Below are positions 63,138 through 64,000 of a stretch of 64,000 bases of DNA, in pieces. The notes under the pieces were generated by a model, which was not told the DNA's origin, ran no database searches, and saw only the letters and a program-made list of their open reading frames with translations. The DNA is from Enoplolaimus lenunculus (lineage: Eukaryota). Position numbers and translations under genes: made by a program. The stretch lies in assembly GCA_030248215.1 (NCBI GenBank), contig JASANG010001276.1, forward strand, positions 310,001 through 374,000, given 5' to 3'. Position 1 is the first letter of the stretch, and every line of letters begins with the position of its first letter.

Positions 63138-64000
63138 TTTTTCACAAAAATCGGGCTTATTTTCTAGGACAGCATATTTCAGATTGCCAAAAAAGTTTTG
63201 GCGGTCACAAGCAAGCTGTGATGTGTCACACAGAAACATATTCACAGATTTGTTTGATAGTTTCGTAATTTTCTGAATTACCCGTTATCGCAAAAAAATG
63301 ACTCAGGGGATAGACGCTTTGAACATGCGCTGTGGAGATGTGATTTTCATCTTATTCAAACACCATGAAACAAATGTTTACCTATTTACTACTACTGGCA
63401 CTAATAAGTGCCATTTTTCACGGCACAAATTTCTAACCCTGTGTGGATTTTATACAAAAATGATAATTTACAAACATAGATGGCAGTATGAAGCTTTATA
63501 ACCAACTTTAGTTTTATCGAAATCTTAACCTTTGTTTTTGAGTGGCCCATTGTTCATAGCACAGTATAATGCGACGTCAGCCTTCGTCTCCGGCATAAAA
63601 TCGACCTCTCCGACTAAGGCAAATTTTGGTTCAACTCTGACTCCGGTATTTTAACCTACGGTTGCTTCCTGGTTCACGCTGTAAACTAATGCTAAATTAC
63701 GCAAAATTATAAACGAATATACAAAGTTTCCGAAAATATTGCACTTTGCCAGTACAATTCAGGAACGCAGACTTCTCAAGGGTTCTTCAAAATTTATCAT
63801 GAAACAAAGCGATTACAAAATTTGTCAAATTTCTTTTTAACCGAAGGAAAACATCAAATATAATACTGTTTGGTTTATGGCCGCCCAAAGCTGTGAATAT
63901 GTTTCTGTGTGACACATCACAGCTTGCTTGTGACCGCCAAAACTTTTTTGGCAATCTGAAATATGCTGTCCTAGAAAATAAGCCCGATTTTTGTGAAAAA
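63138..64000. mobile_element. Young long-TIR element or inverted duplication, truncated by the window end
   Basis: 63138-63247 is the exact reverse complement of 63891-64000 (110 bp). Confidence 0.75.

Overview
AT-rich, intron-rich animal genomic DNA, not prokaryotic. Abundant TTAGGC repeats and TTTCAG splice acceptors suggest a nematode, possibly an early-branching lineage with a repeat-rich genome (inference). Six spliced genes were assembled by hand from GT-AG junctions and reading frame: a small cold-shock/OB-fold-like gene (-), a Fer/Fes-type SH2 protein with no kinase domain (+), NUDT19 (-, 9 exons), a trunk/PTTH-family cystine-knot gene nested on the same strand in a 17.5-kb NUDT19 intron, a KHDRBS/Sam68-type STAR KH gene (-), and a divergent HRD1/SYVN1 RING ligase (+). 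Introns and intergenic DNA are filled with non-autonomous elements: a GGCC-ended MITE family with 8-bp TSDs carrying telomeric repeats, a TTAA-flanked piggyBac-type MITE carrying a tRNA-Gly-derived head and amplified as a tandem array, DINE-1/Helentron-type elements, hAT- and Tc1-type MITEs, a solo LTR and a LINE fragment. All family assignments come from recognising motifs by eye; no database search was run.
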